A stretch of 64,000 nt of DNA from Eledone cirrhosa (taxonomy: Eukaryota). The stretch is taken from NCBI GenBank assembly GCA_964016885.1, contig CAXHJY010000442.1, positions 177,171-241,170 on the forward strand. The letters are read 5' to 3'. The translations under genes and the position numbers were made by a program. Of this stretch, positions 24,501 through 37,680 are shown one piece after another (position 1 is the stretch's first letter; the number at the start of each line of letters is the position of its first letter). The notes under the pieces were generated by a model. It did not search any database, was not told the origin of the DNA, and saw only the letters and a program-made list of their open reading frames with translations.

Positions 24501-27500
24501 ATATCTCCGTAAAATCAATAGTTGTGGCTGTGGAACCAAACCGTGTTAAACGTCAACAAAGTCCGCCGGCGAATGGTGTGCTTCGAAGAAAACGAATCCA
24601 AAAATGACGATTAGCCGGCGGATTTACCTTTTTAATCGCGGGCCGGCCGCCCGCGGTCGGATCGATCTGTAATTACTGGTACATGTGCAGATACTCATTG
24701 GCTATGTGTGGCGTGAATTTCAGCAAGATATCTCCGTAAAATCAATAGTTGTGGCTGTGGAACCAAACCGTGTTAAACGTCAACAAAGTCCGCCGGCGAA
24801 TGGTGTGCTTCGAAGAAAACTAATCCAAAAATGACGATTAGCCGGCGGATTTACCTTTTTAATCGCGGGCCGGCCGCCCGTGGTCGGATCGATCTGTAAT
24901 TACTGGTACATGTGCAGACACTCATTGGCTATGTGTGGCGTGAATTTCAGCAAGATATCTCCGTAAAATCAATAGTTGTGGCTGTGGAACCAAACCGTGT
25001 TAAACGTCAACAAAGTCCGCCGGCGAATGGTGTGCTTCGAAGAAAACGAATCCAAAAATGACGATTAGCCGGCGGATTTACCTTTTCAATCGCGGGCCGG
25101 CCGCCCGTGGTCGGATCGATCTGTAATTACTGGTACATGTGCAGACACTTGTTGGCTATGTGTGGCGTGAATTTCAGCAAGATATCTCCGTAAAATCAAT
25201 AGTTGTGGCTGTGGAACCAAACCGTGTTAAACGTCAACAAAGTCCGCCGGCGAATGGTGTGCTTCGAAGAAAACGAATCCAAAAATGACGATTAGCCGGC
25301 GGATTTACCTTTTTAATCGCGGGCCGGCCGCCCGCGGTCGGATCGATCTGTAATTACTGGTACATGTGCAGATACTCATTGGCTATGTGTGGCGTGAATT
25401 TCAGCAAGATATCTCCGTAAAATCAATAGTTGTGGCTGTGGAACCAAACCGTGTTAAACGTCAACAAACTCCGCCGGCGAATGGTGTGCTTCGAAGAAAA
25501 CGAATCCAAAAATGACGATTAGCCGGCGGATTTACCTTTTCAATCGCGGGCCGGCCGCCCGTGGTCGGATCGATCTGTAATTACTGGTACATGTGCAGAC
25601 ACTCATTGGCTATGTGTGGCGTGAATTTCAGCAAGATATCTCCGTAAAATCAATAGTTGTGGCTGTGGAACCAAACCGTGTTAAACGTCAACAAAGTCCG
25701 CCGGCGAATGGTGTGCTTCGAAGAAAACGAATCCAAAAATGACGATTAGCCGGCGGATTTACCTTTTCAATCGCGGGCCGGCCGCCCGTGGTCGGATCGA
25801 TCTGTAATTACTGGTACATGTGCAGACACTTATTGGCTATGTGTGGCGTGAATTTCAGCAAGATATCTCCGTAAAATCAATAGTTGTGGCTGTGGAACCA
25901 AACCGTGTTAAACGTCAACAAAGTCCGCCGGCGAATGGTGTGCTTCGAAGAAAACGAATCCAAAAATGACGATTAGCCGGCGGATTTACCTTTTTAATCG
26001 CGGGCCGGCCGCCCGCGGTCGGATCGATCTGTAATTACTGGTACATGTGCAGATACTCATTGGCTATGTGTGGCGTGAATTTCAGCAAGATATCTCCGTA
26101 AAATCAATAGTTGTGGCTGTGGAACCAAACCGTGTTAAACGTCAACAAAGTCCGCCGGCGAATGGTGTGCCTCGAAGAAAACTAATCCAAAAATGACGAT
26201 TAGCCGGCGGATTTACCTTTTCAATCGCGGGCCGGCCGCCCGTGGTCGGATCGATCTGTAATTACTGGTACATGTGCAGACACTCATTGGCTATGTGTGG
26301 CGTGAATTTCAGCAAGATATCTCCGTAAAATCAATAGTTGTGGCTGTGGAACCAAACCGTGTTAAACGTCAACAAAGTCCGCCGGCGAATGGTGTGCTTC
26401 GAAGAAAACGAATCCAAAAATGACGATTAGCCGGCGGATTTACCTTTTTAATCGCGGGCCGGCCGCCCGCGGTCGGATCGATCTGTAATTACTGGTACAT
26501 GTGCAGATACTCATTGGCTATGTGTGGCGTGAATTTCAGCAAGATATCTCCGTAAAATCAATAGTTGTGGCTGTGGAACCAAACCGTGTTAAACGTCAAC
26601 AAAGTCCGCCGGCGAATGGTGTGCTTCGAAGAAAACTAATCCAAAAATGACGATTAGCCGGCGGATTTACCTTTTCAATCGCGGGCCGGCCGCCCGTGGT
26701 CGGATCGATCTGTAATTACTGGTACATGTGCAGACACTCATTGGCTATGTGTGGCGTGAATTTCAGCAAGATATCTCCGTAAAATCAATAGTTGTGGCTG
26801 TGGAACCAAACCGTGTTAAACGTCAACAAAGTCCGCCGGCGAATGGTGTGCTTCGAAGAAAACGAATCCAAAAATGACGATTAGCCGGCGGATTTACCTT
26901 TTTAATCGCGGGCCGGCCGCCCGCGGTCGGATCGATCTGTAATTACTGGTACATGTGCAGATACTCATTGGCTATGTGTGGCGTGAATTTCAGCAAGATA
27001 TCTCCGTAAAATCAATAGTTGTGGCTGTGGAACCAAACCGTGTTAAACGTCAACAAAGTCCGCCGGCGAATGGTGTGCTTCGAAGAAAACTAATCCAAAA
27101 ATGACGATTAGCCGGCGGATTTACCTTTTCAATCGCGGGCCGGCCGCCCGTGGTCGGATCGATCTGTAATTACTGGTACATGTGCAGACACTCATTGGCT
27201 ATGTGTGGCGTGAATTTCAGCAAGATATCTCCGTAAAATCAATAGTTGTGGCTGTGGAACCAAACCGTGTTAAACGTCAACAAAGTCCGCCGGCGAATGG
27301 TGTGCTTCGAAGAAAACGAATCCAAAAATGACGATTAGCGTGCGGATTTACCTTTTTAATCGCGGGCCGGCCGCCCGCGGTCGGATCGATCTGTAATTAC
27401 TGGTACATGTGCAGATACTCATTGGCTATGTGTGGCGTGAATTTCAGCAAGATATCTCCGTAAAATCAATAGTTGTGGCTGTGGAACCAAACCGTGTTAA

Positions 27501-30500
27501 ACGTCAACAAAGTCCGCCGGCGAATGGTGTGCTTCGAAGAAAACTAATCCAAAAATGACGATTAGCCGGCGGATTTACCTTTTCAATCGCGGGCCGGCCG
27601 CCCGTGGTCGGATCGATCTGTAATTACTGGTACATGTGCAGACACTCATTGGCTATGTGTGGCGTGAATTTCAGCAAGATATCTCCGTAAAATCAATAGT
27701 TGTGGCTGTGGAACCAAACCGTGTTAAACGTCAACAAAGTCCGCCGGCGAATGGTGTGCTTCGAAGAAAACGAATCCAAAAATGACGATTAGCCGGCGGA
27801 TTTACCTTTTTAATCGCGGGCCGGCCGCCCGCGGTCGGATCGATCTGTAATTACTGGTACATGTGCAGACACTCATTGGCTATGTGTGGCGTGAATTTCA
27901 GCAAGATATCTCCGTAAAATCAATAGTTGTGGCTGTGGAACCAAACCGTGTTAAACGTCAACAAAGTCCGCCGGCGAATGGTGTGCTTCGAAGAAAACGA
28001 ATCCAAAAATGACGATTAGCCGGCGGATTTACCTTTTTAATCGCGGGCCGGCCGCCCGCGGTCGGATCGATCTGTAATTACTGGTACATGTGCAGATACT
28101 CATTGGCTATGTGTGGCGTGAATTTCAGCAAGATATCTCCGTAAAATCAATAGTTGTGGCTGTGGAACCAAACCGTGTTAAACGTCAACAAAGTCCGCCG
28201 GCGAATGGTGTGCTTCGAAGAAAACGAATCCAAAAATGACGATTAGCCGGCGGATTTACCTTTTCAATCGCGGGCCGGCCGCCCGTGGTCGGATCGATCT
28301 GTAATTACTGGTACATGTGCAGACACTTATTGGCTGTGTGGCGTGAATTTCAGCAAGATATCTCCGTAAAATCAATAGTTGTGGCTGTGGAACCAAACCG
28401 TGTTAAACGTCAACAAAGTCCGCCGGCGAATGGTGTGCTTCGAAGAAAACGAATCCAAAAATGACGATTAGCCGGCGGATTTACCTTTTTAATCGCGGGC
28501 CGGCCGCCCGCGGTCGGATCGATCTGTAATTACTGGTACATGTGCAGATACTCATTGGCTATGTGTGGCGTGAATTTCAGCAAGATATCTCCGTAAAATC
28601 AATAGTTGTGGCTGTGGAACCAAACCGTGTTAAACGTCAACAAAGTCCGCCGGCGAATGGTGTGCTTCGAAGAAAACTAATCCAAAAATGACGATTAGCC
28701 GGCGGATTTACCTTTTCAATCGCGGGCCGGCCGCCCGTGGTCGGATCGATCTGTAATTACTGGTACATGTGCAGACACTCATTGGCTATGTGTGGCGTGA
28801 ATTTCAGCAAGATATCTCCGTAAAATCAATAGTTGTGGCTGTGGAACCAAACCGTGTTAAACGTCAACAAAGTCCGCCGGCGAATGGTGTGCTTCGAAGA
28901 AAACGAATCCAAAAATGACGATTAGCCGGCGGATTTACCTTTTTAATCGCGGGTCGGCCGCCCGCGGTCGGATCGATCTGTAATTACTGGTACATGTGCA
29001 GATACTCATTGGCTATGTGTGGCGTGAATTTCAGCAAGATATCTCCGTAAAATCAATAGTTGTGGCTGTGGAACCAAACCGTGTTAAACGTCAACAAAGT
29101 CCGCCGGCGAATGGTGTGCTTCGAAGAAAACTAATCCAAAAATGACGATTAGCCGGCGGATTTACCTTTTCAATCGCGGGCCGGCCGCCCGTGGTCGGAT
29201 CGATCTGTAATTACTGGTACATGTGCAGACACTCATTGGCTATGTGTGGCGTGAATTTCAGCAAGATATCTCCGTAAAATCAATAGTTGTGGCTGTGGAA
29301 CCAAACCGTGTTAAACGTCAACAAAGTCCGCCGGCGAATGGTGTGCTTCGAAGAAAACGAATCCAAAAATGACGATTAGCCGGCGGATTTACCTTTTTAA
29401 TCGCGGGCCGGCCGCCCGCGGTCGGATCGATCTGTAATTACTGGTACATGTGCAGATACTCATTGGCTATGTGTGGCGTGAATTTCAGCAAGATATCTCC
29501 GTAAAATCAATAGTTGTGGCTGTGGAACCAAACCGTGTTAAACGTCAACAAAGTCCGCCGGCGAATGGTGTGCTTCGAAGAAAACTAATCCAAAAATGAC
29601 GATTAGCCGGCGGATTTACCTTTTCAATCGCGGGCCGGCCGCCCGTGGTCGGATCGATCTGTAATTACTGGTACATGTGCAGACACTCATTGGCTATGTG
29701 TGGCGTGAATTTCAGCAAGATATCTCCGTAAAATCAATAGTTGTGGCTGTGGAACCAAACCGTGTTAAACGTCAACAAAGTCCGCCGGCGAATGGTGTGC
29801 TTCGAAGAAAACGAATCCAAAAATGACGATTAGCGTGCGGATTTACCTTTTTAATCGCGGGCCGGCCGCCCGCGGTCGGATCGATCTGTAATTACTGGTA
29901 CATGTGCAGATACTCATTGGCTATGTGTGGCGTGAATTTCAGCAAGATATCTCCGTAAAATCAATAGTTGTGGCTGTGGAACCAAACCGTGTTAAACGTC
30001 AACAAAGTCCGCCGGCGAATGGTGTGCTTCGAAGAAAACTAATCCAAAAATGACGATTAGCCGGCGGATTTACCTTTTCAATCGCGGGCCGGCCGCCCGT
30101 GGTCGGATCGATCTGTAATTACTGGTACATGTGCAGACACTCATTGGCTATGTGTGGCGTGAATTTCAGCAAGATATCTCCGTAAAATCAATAGTTGTGG
30201 CTGTGGAACCAAACCGTGTTAAACGTCAACAAAGTCCGCCGGCGAATGGTGTGCTTCGAAGAAAACGAATCCAAAAATGACGATTAGCCGGCGGATTTAC
30301 CTTTTTAATCGCGGGCCGGCCGCCCGCGGTCGGATCGATCTGTAATTACTGGTACATGTGCAGACACTCATTGGCTATGTGTGGCGTGAATTTCAGCAAG
30401 ATATCTCCGTAAAATCAATAGTTGTGGCTGTGGAACCAAACCGTGTTAAACGTCAACAAAGTCCGCCGGCGAATGGTGTGCTTCGAAGAAAACGAATCCA

Positions 30501-30643
30501 AAAATGACGATTAGCCGGCGGATTTACCTTTTTAATCGCGGGCCGGCCGCCCGCGGTCGGATCGATCTGTAATTACTGGTACATGTGCAGATACTCATTG
30601 GCTATGTGTGGCGTGAATTTCAGCAAGATATCTCCGTAAAATC
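21566..30643. repeat. Nested 15-mer then 11-mer duplications containing runs of the 454-bp B176T/A78T dimer
   Basis: G45C at 22064 and 25469 (15 x 227). The CG>GT doublet at 27340 and 29835 is 11 x 227 - 2 apart. Confidence 0.85.
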
Positions 30644-33140
30644 AATAGTTGTGGCTGTGGAACCAAACCGTGTTAAACGTCAACAAAGTCCGCCGGCGAA
30701 TGGTGTGCTTCGAAGAAAACTAATCCAAAAATGACGATTAGCCGGCGGATTTACCTTTTCAATCGCGGGCCGGCCGCCCGTGGTCGGATCGATCTGTAAT
30801 TACTGGTACATGTGCAGACACTCATTGGCTATGTGTGGCGTGAATTTCAGCAAGATATCTCCGTAAAATCAATAGTTGTGGCTGTGGAACCAAACCGTGT
30901 TAAACGTCAACAAAGTCCGCCGGCGAATGGTGTGCTTCGAAGAAAACGAATCCAAAAATGACGATTAGCCGGCGGATTTACCTTTTCAATCGCGGGCCGG
31001 CCGCCCGTGTTCGGATCGATCTGTAATTACTGGTACATGTGCAGACACTCATTGGCTATGTGTGGCGTGAATTTCAGCAAGATATCTCCGTAAAATCAAT
31101 AGTTGTGGCTGTGGAACCAAACCGTGTTAAACGTCAACAAAGTCCGCCGGCGAATGGTGTGCTTCGAAGAAAACGAATCCAAAAATGACGATTAGCCGGC
31201 GGATTAACCTTTTTAATCGCGGGCCGGCCGCCCGCGGTCGGATCGATCTGTAATTACTGGTACATGTGCAGACACTCATTGGCTATGTGTGGCGTGAATT
31301 TCAGCAAGATATCTCCGTAAAATCAATAGTTGTGGCTGTGGAACCAAACCGTGTTAAACGTCAACAAAGTCCGCCGGCGAATGGTGTGCTTCGAAGAAAA
31401 CGAATCCAAAAATGACGATTAGCCGGCGGATTTACCTTTTTAATCGCGGGCCGGCCGCCCGCGGTCGGATCGATCTGTAATTACTGGTACATGTGCAGAC
31501 ACTCATTGGCTATGTGTGGCGTGAATTTCAGCAAGATATCTCCGTAAAATCAATAGTTGTGGCTGTGGAACCAAACCGTGTTAAACGTCAACAAAGTCCG
31601 CCGGCGAATGGTGTGCTTCGAAGAAAACGAATCCAAAAATGACGATTAGCCGGCGGATTTACCTTTTCAATCGCGGGCCGGTCGCCCGTGGTCGGATCGA
31701 TCTGTAATTACTGGTACATGTGCAGACACTCATTGGCTATGTGTGGCGTGAATTTCAGCAAGATATCTCCGTAAAATCAATAGTTGTGGCTGTGGAACCA
31801 AACCGTGTTAAACGTCAACAAAGTCCGCCGGCGAATGGTGTGCTTCGAAGAAAACTAATCCAAAAATGACGATTAGCCGGCGGATTTACCTTTTCAATCG
31901 CGGGCCGGCCGCCCGTGGTCGGATCGATCTGTAATTACTGGTATATGTGCAGACACTCATTGGCTATGTGTGGCGTGAATTTCAGCAAGATATCTCCGTA
32001 AAATCAATAGTTGTGGCTGTGGAACCAAACCGTGTTAAACGTCAACAAAGTCCGCCGGCGAATGGTGTGCTTCGAAGAAAACGAATCCAAAAATGACGAT
32101 TAGCCGGCGGATTTACCTTTTTAATCGCGGGCCGGCCGCCCGCGGTCGGATCGATCTGTAATTACTGGTACATGTGCAGACACTCATTGGCTATGTGTGG
32201 CGTGAATTTCAGCAAGATATCTCCGTAAAATCAATAGTTGTGGCTGTGGAACCAAACCGTGTTAAACGTCAACAAAGTCCGCCGGCGAATGGTGTGCTTC
32301 GAAGAAAACGAATCCAAAAATGACGATTAGCCGGCGGATTTACCTTTTTAATCGCGGGCCGGCCGCCCGCGGTCGGATCGATCTGTAATTACTGGTACAT
32401 GTGCAGACACTCATTGGCTATGTGTGGCGTGAATTTCAGCAAGATATCTCCGTAAAATCAATAGTTGTGGCTGTGGAACCAAACCGTGTTAAACGTCAAC
32501 AAAGTCCGCCGGCGAATGGTGTGCTTCGAAGAAAACGAATCCAAAAATGACGATTAGCCGGCGGATTTACCTTTTTAATCGCGGGCCGGCCGCCCGCGGT
32601 CGGATCGATCTGTAATTACTGGTACATGTGCAGACACTCATTGGCTATGTGTGGCGTGAATTTCAGCAAGATATCTCCGTAAAATCAATAGTTGTGGCTG
32701 TGGAACCAAACCGTGTTAAACGTCAACAAAGTCCGCCGGCGAATGGTGTGCTTCGAAGAAAACGAATCCAAAAATGACGATTAGCCGGCGGATTTACCTT
32801 TTCAATCGCGGGCCGGTCGCCCGTGGTCGGATCGATCTGTAATTACTGGTACATGTGCAGACACTCATTGGCTATGTGTGGCGTGAATTTCAGCAAGATA
32901 TCTCCGTAAAATCAATAGTTGTGGCTGTGGAACCAAACCGTGTTAAACGTCAACAAAGTCCGCCGGCGAATGGTGTGCTTCGAAGAAAACTAATCCAAAA
33001 ATGACGATTAGCCGGCGGATTTACCTTTTCAATCGCGGGCCGGCCGCCCGTGGTCGGATCGATCTGTAATTACTGGTATATGTGCAGACACTCATTGGCT
33101 ATGTGTGGCGTGAATTTCAGCAAGATATCTCCGTAAAATC

Positions 33141-36100
33141 AATAGTTGTGGCTGTGGAACCAAACCGTGTTAAACGTCAACAAAGTCCGCCGGCGAATGG
33201 TGTGCTTCGAAGAAAACGAATCCAAAAATGACGATTAGCCGGCGGATTTACCTTTTTAATCGCGGGCCGGCCGCCCGCGGTCGGATCGATCTGTAATTAC
33301 TGGTACATGTGCAGACACTCATTGGCTATGTGTGGCGTGAATTTCAGCAAGATATCTCCGTAAAATCAATAGTTGTGGCTGTGGAACCAAACCGTGTTAA
33401 ACGTCAACAAAGTCCGCCGGCGAATGGTGTGCTTCGAAGAAAACGAATCCAAAAATGACGATTAGCCGGCGGATTTACCTTTTTAATCGCGGGCCGGCCG
33501 CCCGCGGTCGGATCGATCTGTAATTACTGGTACATGTGCAGATACTCATTGGCTATGTGTGGCGTGAATTTCAGCAAGATATCTCCGTAAAATCAATAGT
33601 TGTGGCTGTGGAACCAAACCGTGTTAAACGTCAACAAAGTCCGCCGGCGAATGGTGTGCTTCGAAGAAAACTAATCCAAAAATGACGATTAGCCGGCGGA
33701 TTTACCTTTTCAATCGCGGGCCGGCCGCCCGTGGTCGGATCGATCTGTAATTACTGGTACATGTGCAGACACTCATTGGCTATGTGTGGCGTGAATTTCA
33801 GCAAGATATCTCCGTAAAATCAATAGTTGTGGCTGTGGAACCAAACCGTGTTAAACGTCAACAAAGTCCGCCGGCGAATGGTGTGCTTCGAAGAAAACGA
33901 ATCCAAAAATGACGATTAGCCGGCGGATTTACCTTTTCAATCGCGGGCCGGCCGCCCGTGTTCGGATCGATCTGTAATTACTGGTACATGTGCAGACACT
34001 CATTGGCTATGTGTGGCGTGAATTTCAGCAAGATATCTCCGTAAAATCAATAGTTGTGGCTGTGGAACCAAACCGTGTTAAACGTCAACAAAGTCCGCCG
34101 GCGAATGGTGTGCTTCGAAGAAAACGAATCCAAAAATGACGATTAGCCGGCGGATTAACCTTTTTAATCGCGGGCCGGCCGCCCGCGGTCGGATCGATCT
34201 GTAATTACTGGTACATGTGCAGACACTCATTGGCTATGTGTGGCGTGAATTTCAGCAAGATATCTCCGTAAAATCAATAGTTGTGGCTGTGGAACCAAAC
34301 CGTGTTAAACGTCAACAAAGTCCGCCGGCGAATGGTGTGCTTCGAAGAAAACGAATCCAAAAATGACGATTAGCCGGCGGATTTACCTTTTTAATCGCGG
34401 GCCGGCCGCCCGCGGTCGGATCGATCTGTAATTACTGGTACATGTGCAGATACTCATTGGCTATGTGTGGCGTGAATTTCAGCAAGATATCTCCGTAAAA
34501 TCAATAGTTGTGGCTGTGGAACCAAACCGTGTTAAACGTCAACAAACTCCGCCGGCGAATGGTGTGCTTCGAAGAAAACGAATCCAAAAATGACGATTAG
34601 CCGGCGGATTTACCTTTTCAATCGCGGGCCGGCCGCCCGTGGTCGGATCGATCTGTAATTACTGGTACATGTGCAGACACTCATTGGCTATGTGTGGCGT
34701 GAATTTCAGCAAGATATCTCCGTAAAATCAATAGTTGTGGCTGTGAAACCAAACCGTGTTAAACGTCAACAAAGTCCGCCGGCGAATGGTGTGCTTCGAA
34801 GAAAACGAATCCAAAAATGACGATTAGCCGGCGGATTTACCTTTTCAATCGCGGGCCGGCCGCCCGTGGTCGGATCGATCTGTAATTACTGGTACATGTG
34901 CAGACACTTATTGGCTATGTGTGGCGTGAATTTCAGCAAGATATCTCCGTAAAATCAATAGTTGTGGCTGTGGAACCAAACCGTGTTAAACGTCAACAAA
35001 GTCCGCCGGCGAATGGTGTGCTTCGAAGAAAACGAATCCAAAAATGACGATTAGCCGGCGGATTTACCTTTTTAATCGCGGGCCGGCCGCCCGCGGTCGG
35101 ATCGATCTGTAATTACTGGTACATGTGCAGATACTCATTGGCTATGTGTGGCGTGAATTTCAGCAAGATATCTCCGTAAAATCAATAGTTGTGGCTGTGG
35201 AACCAAACCGTGTTAAACGTCAACAAAGTCCGCCGGCGAATGGTGTGCTTCGAAGAAAACTAATCCAAAAATGACGATTAGCCGGCGGATTTACCTTTTC
35301 AATCGCGGGCCGGCCGCCCGTGGTCGGATCGATCTGTAATTACTGGTACATGTGCAGACACTCATTGGCTATGTGTGGCGTGAATTTCAGCAAGATATCT
35401 CCGTAAAATCAATAGTTGTGGCTGTGGAACCAAACCGTGTTAAACGTCAACAAAGTCCGCCGGCGAATGGTGTGCTTCGAAGAAAACGAATCCAAAAATG
35501 ACGATTAGCCGGCGGATTTACCTTTTTAATCGCGGGCCGGCCGCCCGCGGTCGGATCGATCTGTAATTACTGGTACATGTGCAGACACTCATTGGCTATG
35601 TGTGGCGTGAATTTCAGCAAGATATCTCCGTAAAATCAATAGTTGTGGCTGTGGAACCAAACCGTGTTAAACGTCAACAAAGTCCGCCGGCGAATGGTGT
35701 GCTTCGAAGAAAACGAATCCAAAAATGACGATTAGCCGGCGGATTTACCTTTTTAATCGCGGGCCGGCCGCCCGCGGTCGGATCGATCTGTAATTACTGG
35801 TACATGTGCAGATACTCATTGGCTATGTGTGGCGTGAATTTCAGCAAGATATCTCCGTAAAATCAATAGTTGTGGCTGTGGAACCAAACCGTGTTAAACG
35901 TCAACAAAGTCCGCCGGCGAATGGTGTGCTTCGAAGAAAACTAATCCAAAAATGACGATTAGCCGGCGGATTTACCTTTTCAATCGCGGGCCGGCCGCCC
36001 GTGGTCGGATCGATCTGTAATTACTGGTACATGTGCAGACACTCATTGGCTATGTGTGGCGTGAATTTCAGCAAGATATCTCCGTAAAATCAATAGTTGT

Positions 36101-37680
36101 GGCTGTGGAACCAAACCGTGTTAAACGTCAACAAAGTCCGCCGGCGAATGGTGTGCTTCGAAGAAAACGAATCCAAAAATGACGATTAGCCGGCGGATTT
36201 ACCTTTTCAATCGCGGGCCGGCCGCCCGTGTTCGGATCGATCTGTAATTACTGGTACATGTGCAGACACTCATTGGCTATGTGTGGCGTGAATTTCAGCA
36301 AGATATCTCCGTAAAATCAATAGTTGTGGCTGTGGAACCAAACCGTGTTAAACGTCAACAAAGTCCGCCGGCGAATGGTGTGCTTCGAAGAAAACGAATC
36401 CAAAAATGACGATTAGCCGGCGGATTAACCTTTTTAATCGCGGGCCGGCCGCCCGCGGTCGGATCGATCTGTAATTACTGGTACATGTGCAGACACTCAT
36501 TGGCTATGTGTGGCGTGAATTTCAGCAAGATATCTCCGTAAAATCAATAGTTGTGGCTGTGGAACCAAACCGTGTTAAACGTTAACAAAGTCCGCCGGCG
36601 AATGGTGTGCTTCGAAGAAAACGAATCCAAAAATGACGATTAGCCGGCGGATTTACCTTTTTAATCGCGGGCCGGCCGCCCGCGGTCGGATCGATCTGTA
36701 ATTACTGGTACATGTGCAGATACTCATTGGCTATGTGTGGCGTGAATTTCAGCAAGATATCTCCGTAAAATCAATAGTTGTGGCTGTGGAACCAAACCGT
36801 GTTAAACGTCAACAAACTCCGCCGGCGAATGGTGTGCTTCGAAGAAAACGAATCCAAAAATGACGATTAGCCGGCGGATTTACCTTTTCAATCGCGGGCC
36901 GGCCGCCCGTGGTCGGATCGATCTGTAATTACTGGTACATGTGCAGACACTCATTGGCTATGTGTGGCGTGAATTTCAGCAAGATATCTCCGTAAAATCA
37001 ATAGTTGTGGCTGTGGAACCAAACCGTGTTAAACGTCAACAAAGTCCGCCGGCGAATGGTGTGCTTCGAAGAAAACGAATCCAAAAATGACGATTAGCCG
37101 GCGGATTTACCTTTTCAATCGCGGGCCGGCCGCCCGTGGTCGGATCGATCTGTAATTACTGGTACATGTGCAGACACTTATTGGCTATGTGTGGCGTGAA
37201 TTTCAGCAAGATATCTCCGTAAAATCAATAGTTGTGGCTGTGGAACCAAACCGTGTTAAACGTCAACAAAGTCCGCCGGCGAATGGTGTGCTTCGAAGAA
37301 AACGAATCCAAAAATGACGATTAGCCGGCGGATTTACCTTTTTAATCGCGGGCCGGCCGCCCGCGGTCGGATCGATCTGTAATTACTGGTACATGTGCAG
37401 ATACTCATTGGCTATGTGTGGCGTGAATTTCAGCAAGATATCTCCGTAAAATCAATAGTTGTGGCTGTGGAACCAAACCGTGTTAAACGTCAACAAAGTC
37501 CGCCGGCGAATGGTGTGCTTCGAAGAAAACTAATCCAAAAATGACGATTAGCCGGCGGATTTACCTTTTCAATCGCGGGCCGGCCGCCCGTGGTCGGATC
37601 GATCTGTAATTACTGGTACATGTGCAGACACTCATTGGCTATGTGTGGCGTGAATTTCAGCAAGATATCTCCGTAAAATC
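33141..37680. repeat. 10-mer higher-order repeat x2 (2270 bp): B, B176T, A78T, A140T, B109A, B176T, A45C, A180T, B176T, A78T
   Basis: G45C at 34547 and 36817, with the same monomer order in both copies. Confidence 0.9.
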
